DNA of 64,000 nucleotides from assembly GCA_965247095.1 (NCBI GenBank), contig OZ251997.1, positions 3,200,001 through 3,264,000 of the forward strand. Direction: 5' to 3'. Below the pieces are notes generated by a model that was not told the origin of the DNA, searched no databases, and worked only from the letters and a program-made list of their open reading frames with translations. The DNA is from Candidatus Multivorans sp. (GTDB taxonomy: Bacteria; Acidobacteriota; Thermoanaerobaculia; Multivoradales; Multivoraceae). Both the position numbers and the translations under genes were made by a program. Shown piece by piece: positions 47,938-59,667 of this stretch; position 1 is the first letter of the stretch; each line of letters begins with the position of its first letter.

Positions 47938-50120
47938 ATGGGCTTGAGATACGGCCGCACGAGGAGGGTTGGGGCAGCGGCCCTGGCGCTCGCCATGGTC
48001 GGGTGCTCGGTCGGTGCCGAGAGCGCGCCCGACTGGGCCGCTGATGTCGTCATCCACCGCGACGAGTGGGGAGTGCCGCACATCAAGGCGTCGACCGACG
48101 CCGCGGTCGCCTTCGGCTCGGCGTGGGCGCAGTGCGAGGACAACTTCTTCCAGCTCGAGGACACGTACATCAAGGCGCTCGGGCGCTACTCCGAGGTCGT
48201 CGGCGAGTCCGGGTTCCGCAGCGACCTCGAGGTGGCCCTCTTCGACCTCGTCGCGACGTCTCGCCGCGACTTCCCGCTGCTGCCCGAGAACATCCAGCGC
48301 ATCTCCGAGGCCTTCGCCGCCGGTTACAACCACTACCTCGACAAGCACCCCGAGGTGAAGCCCGTCTGCTGGAGCGCATGGAGCCCTTCCACGTATTGGC
48401 GTTCGAGCGCTACATGATCCTCGGCCGGCTGCTCGGCGCCGCCCACGCTCCGCGCGGCAAGCTCGCTTCGCTGGCGGCGGAGCTCGCCGCGTCGCTGGGC
48501 TCGAACCAGTGGGCCGTCGGCCCGTCGAGGACCCGCGACGGCAACGCCATGCTCTTCATCAATCCCCATCAGCCCTGGTACGGCTCCGGGATGTTCACCG
48601 AGATGCACGTGGTGAGCGACGAGGGTTGGAACTTCTCCGGCGCCATGTACCCGGGCGGCCCGTTCCCGACCGCCGGTTTCAACGAGCGGCTCGGCTGGGC
48701 GTACACGGTCAACGCCGCCGACATATCGGACACGTATCGTCTGACCTTCGACCACCCGACCGACCCTCTCAAGTACCGCTACGGCGCCGGCTATCGCGAG
48801 GCCGAGGAGTGGCGCGCCACGATCCAGGTACGCGTCGACGACGATCTCGTGCCGCGCGAAGTGGTGCTGAGGCGGTCGCACTACGGCCCGATCATCGCCA
48901 GGGAGGACGACCAGCACTACCTGGCCGTGCGCGTGCCGCGCCTCTACGAGGGCAGCCGCATGGTCCAGGCGCTGGCGCAGGCCAAGGCGCGCAACTTCGA
49001 GGAGTGGTACGCCGCCGCCTCGATGCAACTGCTGCAGACCTTCAACACCACCTACGCGGACGCCGACGGCAACATCTTCTACCTCTACAACGGCGCCATC
49101 GCCCGCCGCGATCCGTCGGTCGACTGGACCGTGCCCGTCGACGGCGCCGATCCGAACCACGAGTGGGGCCCGTTCCACCCCATCGAGGAACTGCCCCAGG
49201 TCTTCAATCCGCCGTCCGGCTACGTCCAGAACTGCAACTCGACGCCCTTTACGACCACCGACGACGGCAACCCTTCGCTGCTGGACTTTCCGCCCTACAT
49301 GGTCGAAGACAAGCACGACGACAAGCGCCGCGCCAAGATGGCCCGCTACCTCCTGCGCAACGCCCGGGACATCACCTTCGAGGACTTCCAGGCGCTCGCC
49401 TACGACACGACCCTCTACTGGCCGATGACCGAGCTGCCCGTCTACGCGCGCAGGCTCGAGACACTCGCACGCACCGACCCGGAACTCGCCGCCCGAATCC
49501 GGCCCTACCTCGAGCATCTGCTGGACTGGGACTTCAAGAGCTCGCTCACCTCCACGCAGACGACCCTGGCGGTCGGTTGGTACGAGGAGCTCTACGGCCG
49601 CGGCTACCCGGTCGAGACCCTGAAGCCGGAGTACGTGGGCGACATGGCAGCGCGTTTTGTGGCCCTGGAGCGAGCCGCCTCGAAGCTCACGGAACTCTAC
49701 GGCGACTGGCGCGTCCCCTACGGCGACATCCACCGCATCCAGCGCCACGCCAACCAGCCCGCCAGCTCCGGCGTTCCCTTCTCGGACGACGAGCCGAGCC
49801 TGCCGCTCGCCGGCGTCCGGGGCCCGCTCGGCGTGGCGTTCACGCTGTACCACTCGCCGCCCACCACGCTCGAAAACGGCGACTTGCGCAAGCTGCGCTA
49901 CGCCGCGACCGGCGCCTCCTACATGGCCGTCTACGAGTTCGGGGAGAAGGCGCGGGGAGCGAGCTACCTCCACTACGGCCAGAGCCATCGCCCCGAGTCA
50001 CCCCACTTCTTCGACCAGGCCGGGCTGCTCTCGGAAAGACGGCTCAAGCCCGCGTGGCTGTACTGGGAGGACGTGGAGGCCCATACGGCGCGGGCCTACC
50101 GGCCGAGCGACTTCGACTGA
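47938..50120 (+). CDS. Penicillin/AHL acylase family Ntn-hydrolase, frameshifted at ~48362
   Basis: RDEWGVPHI, GSNQWA, INPHQPW, YADADGNI, QNCN; one extra C in CCC at 48361-48363 restores KPRLLE. Confidence 0.85.
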
Positions 50121-50157
50121 GCCCTCGCGGATGCTGGTATAGAATCGCGGGTTCCCT

Positions 50158-50501
50158 GGGGGCGCATGGCTTCGACGGGAGATCATGCGGTTCGGGGGTT
50201 GCGTGCCGAGTCCGACTCGTAAACCGGTTTTTGACACTCGCCAACGATAATTTGGCACTGGCGGCTTAGGTCGCCACGGTCCTGTCGGAGCCTTGATTCC
50301 CGGCGCCGGCAGGAGCGACACTAAAGTGGATCGAACGCCTGAGCGCGGCTCCGAACTCAGGCCGGATCACTTCGGAGCTAGACCGCCGGCCGTGGTGGCC
50401 TTCTACCCAAGCCGGCAGCGACTATTCGAGTGAAGGCTACGCACGTAGATCCCTCGCGCCGAGTCTCGCGGACGTGGGTTCGATTCCCACCGCCTCCACC
50501 A
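50158..50501 (+). ncRNA. ssrA: tmRNA; tag (A)ANDNLALAA at 50240-50269
   Basis: 5' GGGGGCG...TTCGAC, tag ORF ending LAA-stop, 3' GGTTCGATTCCCACCGCCTCCACCA. Confidence 0.96.
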
Positions 50502-50629
50502 TTTTTCGATCCACAACTCGCCTCTCCGGGGATGCTGACCAGGTTCGCTCGCGAGTAGGAAGAGAGGATCGCGGCAGCAGCACCTCACACGCTGCCGTCC
50601 CCCCGGCCGCGCCGGAGGAGCAGCCCGCC

Positions 50630-51598
50630 GTGCGAGCGACCCGCCTCGCCGGCAACCCGATCGTCCGCCCCGACATGGACCACCGGATGGGGTCCAACGT
50701 GCAGGGGCCATCGCTCATCCGTGTCCCCGAGTGGGTGCCCGATCCGCTTGGCCGCTACTACCTCTACTTCGCCGACCACAAGGGCGCCTACATTCGACTC
50801 GCCTACGCCGACGACCTCGAGGGGCCGTGGAAAATCCACTCGCCCGGCTCGCTGCACATCGAGGACTCGCACTTCCTCACCTCCCCGGCCGCCGTGCCGG
50901 ACGATGTCGATCCGCAATCGGACCGATGGCGCGTGGCCAGCGTCGTGGGAGCGCCGACGCCGATCGACAGCGCCACGAAGCCGCACATCGCCTCCCCCGA
51001 CGTGCACGTGCGTGAGGATCTGCGCGAGATCGTCATGTACTTCCACGGGCTCGAAGGCTTTCGCTTCCAGCGCACCCGCGTGGCGAGCTCGAAGGACGGC
51101 ATCCACTTCACGGCCACAGAGCCGCTGATCGGCAGCTCCACCTACCTGCGCGCCTTTCGTCACGACGGGCGGTGGTACGCGCTGGGAATGCCGGGGGTGT
51201 TCTACCGCTCGGCCGACGGGCTCGCCGACTTCGAGCGGGGACCAGGACTGTTTCCCAATACCATGCGACACGCGGCGCTGCTCGTGCGCGGAGACACCCT
51301 CTTCGTATTCTGGAGCAACGTCGGCGACGAGCCCGAGCACATTCTGGTCTCGACCATCGACATCAGCGGCGACTGGTCGGGGTGGCAGGCCAGCGAGCCG
51401 CGCACCGTCCTGCTCCCCGAGGAGCAGTGGGAAGGCGCCGATCTGCCCCTCGTCCCGTCGGTACGCGACGCGATCAACGTGCGGGTGCGGCAGCTGCGCG
51501 ATCCGGCCGTCTTGGAGGAGGACGGCCGCACCTACCTGCTCTACTCGGTGGCCGGCGAGGCCGGCATCGCCATCGCAGAGCTGTCGTTCGCGGGGTGA
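50630..51598 (+). CDS. Five-bladed beta-propeller glycosidase-like protein
   Basis: NPIV, GPSLIRVP, YYLYFADH, HIASPDV, QLRDPAV...YLLYSVAGE. Confidence 0.72.
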   Translation: MRATRLAGNPIVRPDMDHRMGSNVQGPSLIRVPEWVPDPLGRYYLYFADHKGAYIRLAYADDLEGPWKIHSPGSLHIEDSHFLTSPAAVPDDVDPQSDRWRVASVVGAPTPIDSATKPHIASPDVHVREDLREIVMYFHGLEGFRFQRTRVASSKDGIHFTATEPLIGSSTYLRAFRHDGRWYALGMPGVFYRSADGLADFERGPGLFPNTMRHAALLVRGDTLFVFWSNVGDEPEHILVSTIDISGDWSGWQASEPRTVLLPEEQWEGADLPLVPSVRDAINVRVRQLRDPAVLEEDGRTYLLYSVAGEAGIAIAELSFAG

Positions 51599-51813
51599 GC
51601 GGGGCAGGAGGCGCCCATCCCCCCGGCGGTGCCGATGACCCGCACGCGCTGCCGCGCCATCTGTGCCGTGCTGGCGGTGAGTTCATGAACTGGAACTATG
51701 GATTCCACTCCACTCCCGGAGACCTGACTGTGGGGTGCCGAACATGCTACCGTTCCTACGCTGTGTGAAATTCGCCGTTCGGAGCGGCCCAACGAGCCTC
51801 GGGAGCTGGTCTT

Positions 51814-54516
51814 ATGAAAGCACTTAGTCGGTCGCGCCTTCTTCTCGCCATAACCCTCGTTCTCTGCGCTCCCATGTCCCTGTGGGCCGACGGTCCGCAG
51901 ACAGGGACGATCGAGGGCCGCGCTCTCGACGCTCAGAGTGGGGCCCTGCCCGGCGTCACGGTGACCCTGACCGGCCCTCAGGGAACCAGGACGGCAATCA
52001 CCGATGCCGACGGGCAGTACCGCTTCGCCCTGTTGCCGCCGGGCGCCTATGAGGTCCACGGCGTGCTCGAGGGCCTGGGCCAAGCCAAAGTATCGACGCA
52101 GTTGCAGGTCGGAGAGCGTCGCGCCATCGACCTCGAGCTGCGCTCTGAGGCCTCCGAGGCGATCACGGTGACCGCCGAGGCGCCCTTGATCAGCAGGTTC
52201 GAGACCACTTCGACGGCGACGTTGAGCTCTGAGGTCACCGAGGAAGTGGCGTTCTCCAGTCGCGCGTACGGGTCGGCTGTGCATCAGCTTCCCGGGGTCA
52301 CTTCGCGCAACACCGCCAACGACAGCAGCTTCATGGCCACGCCAGGGGGCCTGACCTACGAAGTGGGCTCGTTCATCGAGGGCGTCGACATCAGCCAGAC
52401 CCGGCGCGGCGGTGAGTTCCGCTTCAACCTGCCGACCACCTCCACCGCCGCGATCAGCGTGCAGGTCGCAGGAAACGGCGCCGAGTACGGCCGCTCCACC
52501 AGTGGGATCGTCAATACCGTCATCAAGTCGGGCACGAACGACTTTCACGGCGATGCGCTCTTCGTCGGTCAGAACCCCACCTGGCGCGCTGTCTCCCAAG
52601 TCGCTCCGGACCTTCCTCGCCCAAACGACCAGATCAACTCCTGGGAGGCCTCACTCGGAGGCCCCATCTGGCGCGACAGGGCGTGGTTCTTCGTCTCCAC
52701 GGGTGAGAGCTTCGACGGCTACTACAGTCAGACCAACACTGGTTTCGTTGTCGAGACTGCCCAGAGGGGCGAGCCGGTCGTCGGCAAGTTCAACGTTCAG
52801 GCTGGAGACCGGCATCATTTCTCGTTCACCGGCCTCACGGCACCGAGCGACTACGAGGGCGCGGGAAACAGCGGGGATATCTACTCCCTCTCAGTGACAG
52901 AGATCGACAGCAAGCTCTACTCCGCCGCCTGGAACTTCAGCGCCACCCGGAGCCTCTTCCTCGAGGTGAAGGTCGCGGACAGCACGGACAAACTGACGCG
53001 CGGGGTTACGCATCGTCGCGTGATCGACACCAACGCTCCGCCGGATAGCCCGCTCGCCACCAACTTCCGCTACCAGGACCTCAACGACAGGCTTCGATAC
53101 AACGGTAACGCGGCGGCCAACGGCGACGGCTTCAACGACTTTCCTCGCGAGCAGATCAACCTCGCGGCGTCACTCTTCAGGGGCAACCACGAGTGGCGCT
53201 TCGGGATCGATGAGCACACGATGTTCTACAACGCGAAAGCCGACCTCGTCACCGACTACCGCGGGCGCGGCTACGACGTGAATTCGCCGAGCGGCTTCAC
53301 GACACCCGTGAACAAGCGGGTCTACGTGTCGCCGGGGGGAGACGGCATTTCGAGATACGAGAGCCCGATGCGTGCGATCCACGCCCAGGACCGCATCAGC
53401 ATCGGAGATCACTGGGTGTTGGCCGCGGGGCTCCGCCTCGACGATCAGACCGTAACCAACAACGTCGGCGAGCAGGTCAACGACTACCGGAAGCCCGCGC
53501 CGCGGTTCTCGGCGGTTTACGACGTCAACGCCGACGGCAAGCTCCTCGTTCGGGGGACCGCCGGGCGCGCGGTTCGGATCTTCCCGCTGGACCTCGCCTT
53601 CCGTCACTTCACCCGCGGCAGCAACGGCCTGAACACCTTCGACCAGTTCGGATGGAATCCCGTAACCCAAGCGTACGACATCTTCCAACGGAGTTTCATA
53701 GCGGCCAACGACAACGAGATCCAGGCAGTCGAGCCCTGGTTCAAGGACGAGGTCTCGATGGGTGTGGACTGGCAGTTCGCCCCCAACTGGGTGTTCACCT
53801 CGCGGCTGATGTGGAACGAGTCGAAAGACCTCTACCAGGCCAACGACCAGTATGACGCCAACGGCCAGATCTTCAGACAGATCGTCAACCGACCCGAGCT
53901 GTACCGCGAGTACCGGGGGCTGATGCTGGCGGCCAACCGCTATTTCCGCGGGGGTTGGTCGCTGCGCACCGACTTGACGGTCGGCAAGTTCGAGGGCAAC
54001 GAAGATGATCTCAACGCTCAGGGCAACGAGTTCGAGGGCCTCGGCGGAGTCCAGCTTGGGACTGGGGTTCTCAACCCCACCGCCCGCAATCTCGACGGCC
54101 GGCTGAACACCGATCGCGAGTACGTAGCCCACGTCATTGGGGTCAAGCGCTGGGAGTTCGGCAAACAGAGTGTGGTCGCGAGTGCCGTCGTCAATGCTCA
54201 GGCGGGCCGGCGGTGGGGGCGACGGCCGAGCACGGCCGTGCTGCATTCCGTTTCGGGCGCTCGGATCAACACGTGGGCCTACGTCGAGCCCCGCGATGCG
54301 CAGCAGCTCCCCGACACGATCACGCTGGGAGTCGCCGCTGCCTGGGACTTTCCGATTCGCGGCGCCTTCGCGGCCAAGGTCGGCTTCGAGGTGGCGAACG
54401 TGACGGACGAGCAGGAACAGGTGTCGGTGAATCTCGCCAACGGAAGGGCGAGTTCGAGTGCCGGCGGCTACCTCGTTCCGCGTGAGTTCCGCCTGAAGCT
54501 CGGGATCATCTTCTAG
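51814..54516 (+). CDS. TonB-dependent receptor with carboxypeptidase-regulatory-like N-domain (Oar-like)
   Basis: TGTIEG...LPGVTVT, AEYGRSTSG..N...KSGTN.FHG, GGPIWRDRAWFF, terminal Phe. Confidence 0.88.
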   Translation: MKALSRSRLLLAITLVLCAPMSLWADGPQTGTIEGRALDAQSGALPGVTVTLTGPQGTRTAITDADGQYRFALLPPGAYEVHGVLEGLGQAKVSTQLQVGERRAIDLELRSEASEAITVTAEAPLISRFETTSTATLSSEVTEEVAFSSRAYGSAVHQLPGVTSRNTANDSSFMATPGGLTYEVGSFIEGVDISQTRRGGEFRFNLPTTSTAAISVQVAGNGAEYGRSTSGIVNTVIKSGTNDFHGDALFVGQNPTWRAVSQVAPDLPRPNDQINSWEASLGGPIWRDRAWFFVSTGESFDGYYSQTNTGFVVETAQRGEPVVGKFNVQAGDRHHFSFTGLTAPSDYEGAGNSGDIYSLSVTEIDSKLYSAAWNFSATRSLFLEVKVADSTDKLTRGVTHRRVIDTNAPPDSPLATNFRYQDLNDRLRYNGNAAANGDGFNDFPREQINLAASLFRGNHEWRFGIDEHTMFYNAKADLVTDYRGRGYDVNSPSGFTTPVNKRVYVSPGGDGISRYESPMRAIHAQDRISIGDHWVLAAGLRLDDQTVTNNVGEQVNDYRKPAPRFSAVYDVNADGKLLVRGTAGRAVRIFPLDLAFRHFTRGSNGLNTFDQFGWNPVTQAYDIFQRSFIAANDNEIQAVEPWFKDEVSMGVDWQFAPNWVFTSRLMWNESKDLYQANDQYDANGQIFRQIVNRPELYREYRGLMLAANRYFRGGWSLRTDLTVGKFEGNEDDLNAQGNEFEGLGGVQLGTGVLNPTARNLDGRLNTDREYVAHVIGVKRWEFGKQSVVASAVVNAQAGRRWGRRPSTAVLHSVSGARINTWAYVEPRDAQQLPDTITLGVAAAWDFPIRGAFAAKVGFEVANVTDEQEQVSVNLANGRASSSAGGYLVPREFRLKLGIIF

Positions 54517-54646
54517 CGCGACCGCCGACAAGACGTGCACCCGACGGCGACGGTGGCGCAAGAGCTCAAGCTGAGACGGAATACACTCTGTGAACGCGGG
54601 ACTCTCTCCTGCGGATGTCTGTCGGGCTCCGGGAGGTGCTGTTCCA

Positions 54647-57252
54647 ATGAACATCCCATACCTCTGGCGGCTAAGCCGACTCGCCATCGCCGCCGTGCTG
54701 CTGTCGGCCACCGCGGCGGCCGCAGTCCAGACGACAGGAACCATCGAAGGCGTCGTCGTCGACGCGAACGGCAGTCCCCTGCCCGGCGTGACGGTGACGA
54801 TGGCCGGTCCAGGCGTGCGCCAGGAACGCGTGACCGACGCCGAAGGCTCGTACGCAAGCGCCGGTCTGGCGGCCGGCGACTATGTCGTCACGGCGTTTCT
54901 GCCGGGCTTCGAGGCCATGGAGACTTCGGTTTCCGTGGCAACGGGCGCCACAGAGAATGTCCGGATCGTCCTGCAGGTCGCGAGGCTCCTCGAAACGGTC
55001 ACGGTCGTGGCCGAGGAGCCCCGAACCTTCGCGAGGAACATCGTCTCCCAGCCGATGATGCGGCAACAGTCGAACATCACGAGCGTCACGTCGGTGGTGG
55101 ACAACCTGCCGGGAGTATCCGTCCAGGAGGGGACTCGTACGGCTTCGACGACTGGTCGAGCAACGTCGCCATGCGCGGTTTTCAGGTGACGATCAGCGAG
55201 GCGCAGATCGGCACCACGATCGACGGCTTCCCGAACGGCACGTCGGACTACTTCAGCGGCGCCAAGGCGAACCGGTTCCTCGACCCGATGAACCTCCGAG
55301 GAGTCGAGGTGTCGCAGGGGACGGCCGACATCGCCTCCCGGTCGGTAGAGGCACTGGGCGGCACGTTCAACTATCTGACCGACGATCCGGCGGCGGAGCG
55401 GACCTACACCGCGTCGACCACAATGGGTGAGTACGGCGGCCAACGCTTCTTCATGCGAGCTGACACCGGGCCTCTGTTCGGCGGTCAGACCCGCGCCTGG
55501 GTCGCCGTTGTGCGCCAGGAAGCGACCGACTGGATGGAGGGCTCGGCGCGGAATGAGCGTGAGCACCTGGCAATGAAGCTGGTCTCGTCGCATGGTCGCC
55601 TCGATCTCACCGGCTACCTCTCGTACGACAGCATCCACGAGGACACCTACCAACGCCTCTACAGTGAGGGCGACTTCAGGGCCAATCCACGCTGGGACCG
55701 TCTGACCGGCGATTGGCCCGGCGTGCCGTACCTGAACCAGTTCTACCGGCGCGGCTGGCAGACCCGGCGGGACAACACGTTCGGCTACCTGAAGGGGAAT
55801 TGGTCGTTCAGCGATGCCACCTCGCTGAGCCTGGGCGGCTACTTCCATCGGAACCGCGGCCGCGGGGACTGGTTGCCTCCCTACATCGTCGATCTCACCA
55901 ACGACGGCGGTGGACAGGAATCGGAGCTCTTCCGCGGGACCCCGGTACGGGGCGGCTCGCAGCTCGGGCTGATCCGCTTCGTGGACCGGGACGGAGCCGC
56001 CGTGGGACCGACGCCCGGCTGCACGTCCTCCTTCATCTTCAACTACTACGGCGCCGGTGGACCCGGGGTCGATCCGGCTTGCCATCCGGGCGCCACGGCG
56101 GTGCGGTCGTACCGCCACAGTCACTACGGGAAGGACCGCCTCGGCGTGACGCTCGACCAGGAGTGGCTCACCACGATCGGCGCCGCCGGCAGCAAGCTGC
56201 GCGCCGGCATCTGGTACGAGGACTCACGGCGAGACCTTGGCCGGGACTGGCACCAGATCCTTGATCCCACGATCAACTTCCAGTGGAACGCAACGCCCTA
56301 CTGGCACCAGTACGAGTGGGACTTCCCGCAGGACGTGCTGAAGTGGTACGTGGAGGAGACGATCTACGCCGGACGGTTTACGTTGAGCGGGGGCGTCAAG
56401 CAGTACCTGATCGACGTATCGCGGGAGGACCTGTTCCGTATCGACCCGGATCTGACGGTCGATTCCGATTCGAGCGCCCTCCTCTCGGGCGGCATCACCT
56501 ACGAGACGCCGGTCGACGGCCTGGATCTGTTTGTCGGTTACGCCGAGAACTTCAAGGCGATCAGCGCCAACCTGCTCGAGGTGCCGGGGCGCAGTCTCGA
56601 CGCGCTCGAGCCGGAGACCGCTTCGAACATCGATCTCGGTATGCAGTATTCGGGGGAGCGGGTCGCCCTGAGCGCCACCTGGTACACGATCGACTTCGAG
56701 AACCGGATCTTCTACCTCGGTCCGCAGACGTCGGCCGGTCCCAACTACCTCATCCCGGGGGGCGGCGCCTACTTCAACGCGGGCGGTATCGAGACCACCG
56801 GCATCGAACTCGCCGCCACGGTGCCGCTGCCGCACCAGATATCCCTCTACACCGCCTACACGCTCAACGACTCGCAGTACCTCGGCAGCGGCGATCCACT
56901 CGTCGACACGAGCCAGAACATCGTCGCGGGGGCCGACGTGACCGGCGTGCCGGACCGTTTGTGGGTCGTTTCGCTCGACCGGAGCGGCCCCCTGAACGTG
57001 GGGCTCAGCGCCAAGTACACGGCGCCGCGGCGCGTCAGCCTGACGTCGGACTGGTCGACGGACGACTATTGGCTGGTGGACGCCTACATCAGCTTCTCAG
57101 GCGAGGCGTTGAGCGACCTGCTCCGGGCGACGGAGTTCTCGCTGGTGGCGAACAATGTGCTCGACGAGGCCTATCTCGCTGCCATCACCGAAAACGCGGC
57201 CTGGCTCGGACCGCCGCGGTCGGTCTCGATGACGGTCACCGTCTCGTTCTGA
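54647..57252 (+). CDS. TonB-dependent receptor, frameshifted at ~55130
   Basis: LPGVTVT N-domain; LPGVSVQEG|DSYGFDDWS plug; terminal Phe; one extra G in the GGGG run restores the frame. Confidence 0.85.
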
Positions 57253-57278
57253 CGGGAAGGAGCCGGGGCGCCGTCCAG

Positions 57279-58361
57279 CTAGTGTACTGTCTCCAACATG
57301 GCTTTACCACGTGTAACCTTTGCGATGATGCTGTCGGCGGTGGCCGTCCAGACGAACGGCCGGGAGTTTTCGTTGCTGTGCTCCACGTAGTCGTAGATGG
57401 TCTTTACGAGGTCGTTGACGCTCTGGAATGCACCGCGCCGGATCGCCTTCGTGGTCAGACCGCCCAGCCAGCGTTCGACCAGGTTGAGCCAGGGCGACGA
57501 AGTGGGAATGAAATGGAAGTGGAAGCGAGGCTTTCGCTCCAGCCATGCGCGCACGGCGTCGTGTTTGTGGGTCTGGTAGTTGTCCAGGATCAGGTGCAGG
57601 TCGAGATGCTTCGGGATCTCACGGTCGAGACGCTTGAGGAAACGGAGAAACTCCTGGTGGCGCTGCCGGCCCATGCACTCCGCGATCACCGTGCCCTCCA
57701 ACACGTTCAGCGCAGCGAACAACGTCGTCGTCCCGTTGCGCTTGTAGTCGTGGGTCATCGTTCCCGCGCGGCCGCGCTTGAGCGGCAAGCCCGGCTGGGT
57801 CCGGTCCAGAGCCTGGATCTGGCTCTTCTCGTCCACGCACAGCACAAGCGCGTTCTCGGGCGGATTCCGGTACAGGCCCACAACGTCCCGCAGCTTTTCC
57901 ACGAACCTGGGGTCGTTGCTCAGCTTGAACGTCTTGACCAGATGGGGCTTCAGCCCGTGCGCCACCCAGATGCGCTGGACCGCCGCCGGACTGATGCCCT
58001 GGGCCCGAGCCATCGAACGCACGCTCCAGTGGGTCTGACCGGGCGGCTTCTCGTGCAGCGTCGCTTCGATCACTTTACGCACGACCGACTCCGAGAGCGG
58101 CGGCTTTCCGCAACCGCGGGGACGATCCCTGGTCAGCCCCGAAGGTCCGTCCTCCGCGAACCGACGACGCCACAGCAGCACCGTGGGCCGCGAAACGCCG
58201 AGTTTCGCCGCAATCGCCCGATTGGCCGTGCCCTCCGCCGCAGCGAGCACGATCCGGCTACGCCGGACCGTGCGTTGCGTCGTCGTCGGCGCCTCTACCC
58301 ATTTCTTGAGAAGCGCTCGATCCCTCTCTTCGATGTGAAGTCGTTCCGCTGGTTCCCACAT
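57279..58361 (-). CDS. IS630 family transposase
   Basis: HTH; CVDEKSQIQAL, THDYKRNGTT, LILDNY.TH, PTSSPWLNLVERW. Confidence 0.95.
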   Translation of the reverse strand: MWEPAERLHIEERDRALLKKWVEAPTTTQRTVRRSRIVLAAAEGTANRAIAAKLGVSRPTVLLWRRRFAEDGPSGLTRDRPRGCGKPPLSESVVRKVIEATLHEKPPGQTHWSVRSMARAQGISPAAVQRIWVAHGLKPHLVKTFKLSNDPRFVEKLRDVVGLYRNPPENALVLCVDEKSQIQALDRTQPGLPLKRGRAGTMTHDYKRNGTTTLFAALNVLEGTVIAECMGRQRHQEFLRFLKRLDREIPKHLDLHLILDNYQTHKHDAVRAWLERKPRFHFHFIPTSSPWLNLVERWLGGLTTKAIRRGAFQSVNDLVKTIYDYVEHSNENSRPFVWTATADSIIAKVTRGKAMLETVH

Positions 58362-58421
58362 GAACGGAATACTGACGAACTTGCCCGAAACTGTCAACCC
58401 AAGTCGGAGACATTACACTAG
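57279..58421 (-). mobile_element. IS630-family insertion sequence, complete
   Basis: Ends CTAGTGTACTGTCTCCAAC / GTCGGAGACATTACACTAG (17/19 inverted match), CTAG at both ends. Confidence 0.93.
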
Positions 58422-58554
58422 GAGTCGAGTCGCGGCGTCCGCGCCGCGCTGACGCACAGGGAACAGGGCTTGTTCCATGCAAGTACCCACAGCGGTATCG
58501 CTGCGCTGTCGCGCAGGGAACACCGTAAGAGCGTGGTCGCTACTTCGGTCCGCC

Positions 58555-58582
58555 CTGGGGAACGCGGGCGTCTCGCCCGCAT
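58555..58582 (-). repeat. REP-like hairpin, simple form variant
   Basis: CTGGGGAACGCGGGC-GTCTC-GCCCGCAT at the DUF2332 stop. Confidence 0.75.
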
Positions 58583-59667
58583 TAGGCACGAAGGGCCGGC
58601 CAGGACGAGGAGTTTGTTCCATGCAAGCTTCCCCACTCGATCCACCAGCCGTGCGGCGAGGCTCGGGCGAGCAACTCCGTGTCGCCCGAACCGTCCCGGT
58701 ACCGGGTCAGAGTGAGGCTCGGCGGGTGGACGCCCTCAAGTGCCACTCGCCAGATGGGCCGTTCCCGGCTTTGAGCCTTGAGTGCCTCCGCGATGCGCTC
58801 CCGACCCTCACGGGGAATCTGGTAGAGGGTGATCGTGGAGTGGACGACCAGCGCCAGTTCGGCAGGGACCCGTTCCAGCAGGTGCGACAGATCCCTCGTT
58901 GCGTCCCCGCGATGGAGACGGATCGGGCTGTCCTTCAGCTCGGCCGCGGCGTCTACCAGTTGGTCGTGGCGCTCCACGTGCTCGGGCCAGATCAGCGCGC
59001 GCAACCAGAGCAGTTCATCCGGGTCGGCGAGGTCGATGGGGTTCACGTCGATTCCGTCACGGCTCGCAATCGGAATCTCCAGGGGTGGCTGCGGCACTGT
59101 GCCGGGGCCCCGCAGATCCGCTTCGAGTTCAACCCGCGCCGCCTCCCTTCCCCAGTGCAGAACGGCCCGTCCCGCTCGCAGGTAGCGATAGGCGTAGCGG
59201 TCGAAGTTCAGGTTCAGGCCGGCGCTGGCGCCGACATCGATCAGGGCCAGCGGCACCGCTGCCTCGCGGTACACCAGGGCCAAAGCGGGAAGCAGGCAGG
59301 TACACCGCCGCACGACCTGGGTCTGGGTGCGGTGGGTGGCAATCAGCTCTCCGACCTGTTCGCGGTGTTCAAGGCAGAACGCCCGGAAGAGCGGGAAGGA
59401 ACCCCCCGACGCACGCTCAGGGCCGGCGAGGACCGGGTAGTGCGCGGCCAGCGGGTGCTCCACTCCCTGCAGGAGCAGGTACTGCACCGCCCCGAACAGC
59501 ATGTTCGGAGGCGGCTGGCCTTGTTGCCGGTGCGCCGCGAGCGCCAGCAGTTCGCCATCTCCGGCCACACCCGCGGCGAGTTCCGCGTACATCGGCGACT
59601 CGAGATCCGGCGCCTCGACGAGTGCAAAGCGCTCGAACGCGGCGCTGAGATCGGAGCGGTCGCTCAA
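58582..59667 (-). CDS. DUF2332 family protein
   Basis: SPMY..L, PNML.GAV, TQT...R, GASAGLNL.FDRY, LRALIWPE, HG.WIEW. Confidence 0.82.
   Translation of the reverse strand: MSDRSDLSAAFERFALVEAPDLESPMYAELAAGVAGDGELLALAAHRQQGQPPPNMLFGAVQYLLLQGVEHPLAAHYPVLAGPERASGGSFPLFRAFCLEHREQVGELIATHRTQTQVVRRCTCLLPALALVYREAAVPLALIDVGASAGLNLNFDRYAYRYLRAGRAVLHWGREAARVELEADLRGPGTVPQPPLEIPIASRDGIDVNPIDLADPDELLWLRALIWPEHVERHDQLVDAAAELKDSPIRLHRGDATRDLSHLLERVPAELALVVHSTITLYQIPREGRERIAEALKAQSRERPIWRVALEGVHPPSLTLTRYRDGSGDTELLARASPHGWWIEWGSLHGTNSSSWPALRA

Noticed and set aside
50474-50629. ORF start inside the tmRNA 3' end
   Set aside because: It overlaps the tmRNA; GTG at 50630 with a GGAGGAG RBS is more plausible.
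51600-51813. Riboswitch upstream of the TonB receptor
   Set aside because: I could not recognise cobalamin or TPP consensus elements; an Rfam scan would be needed.
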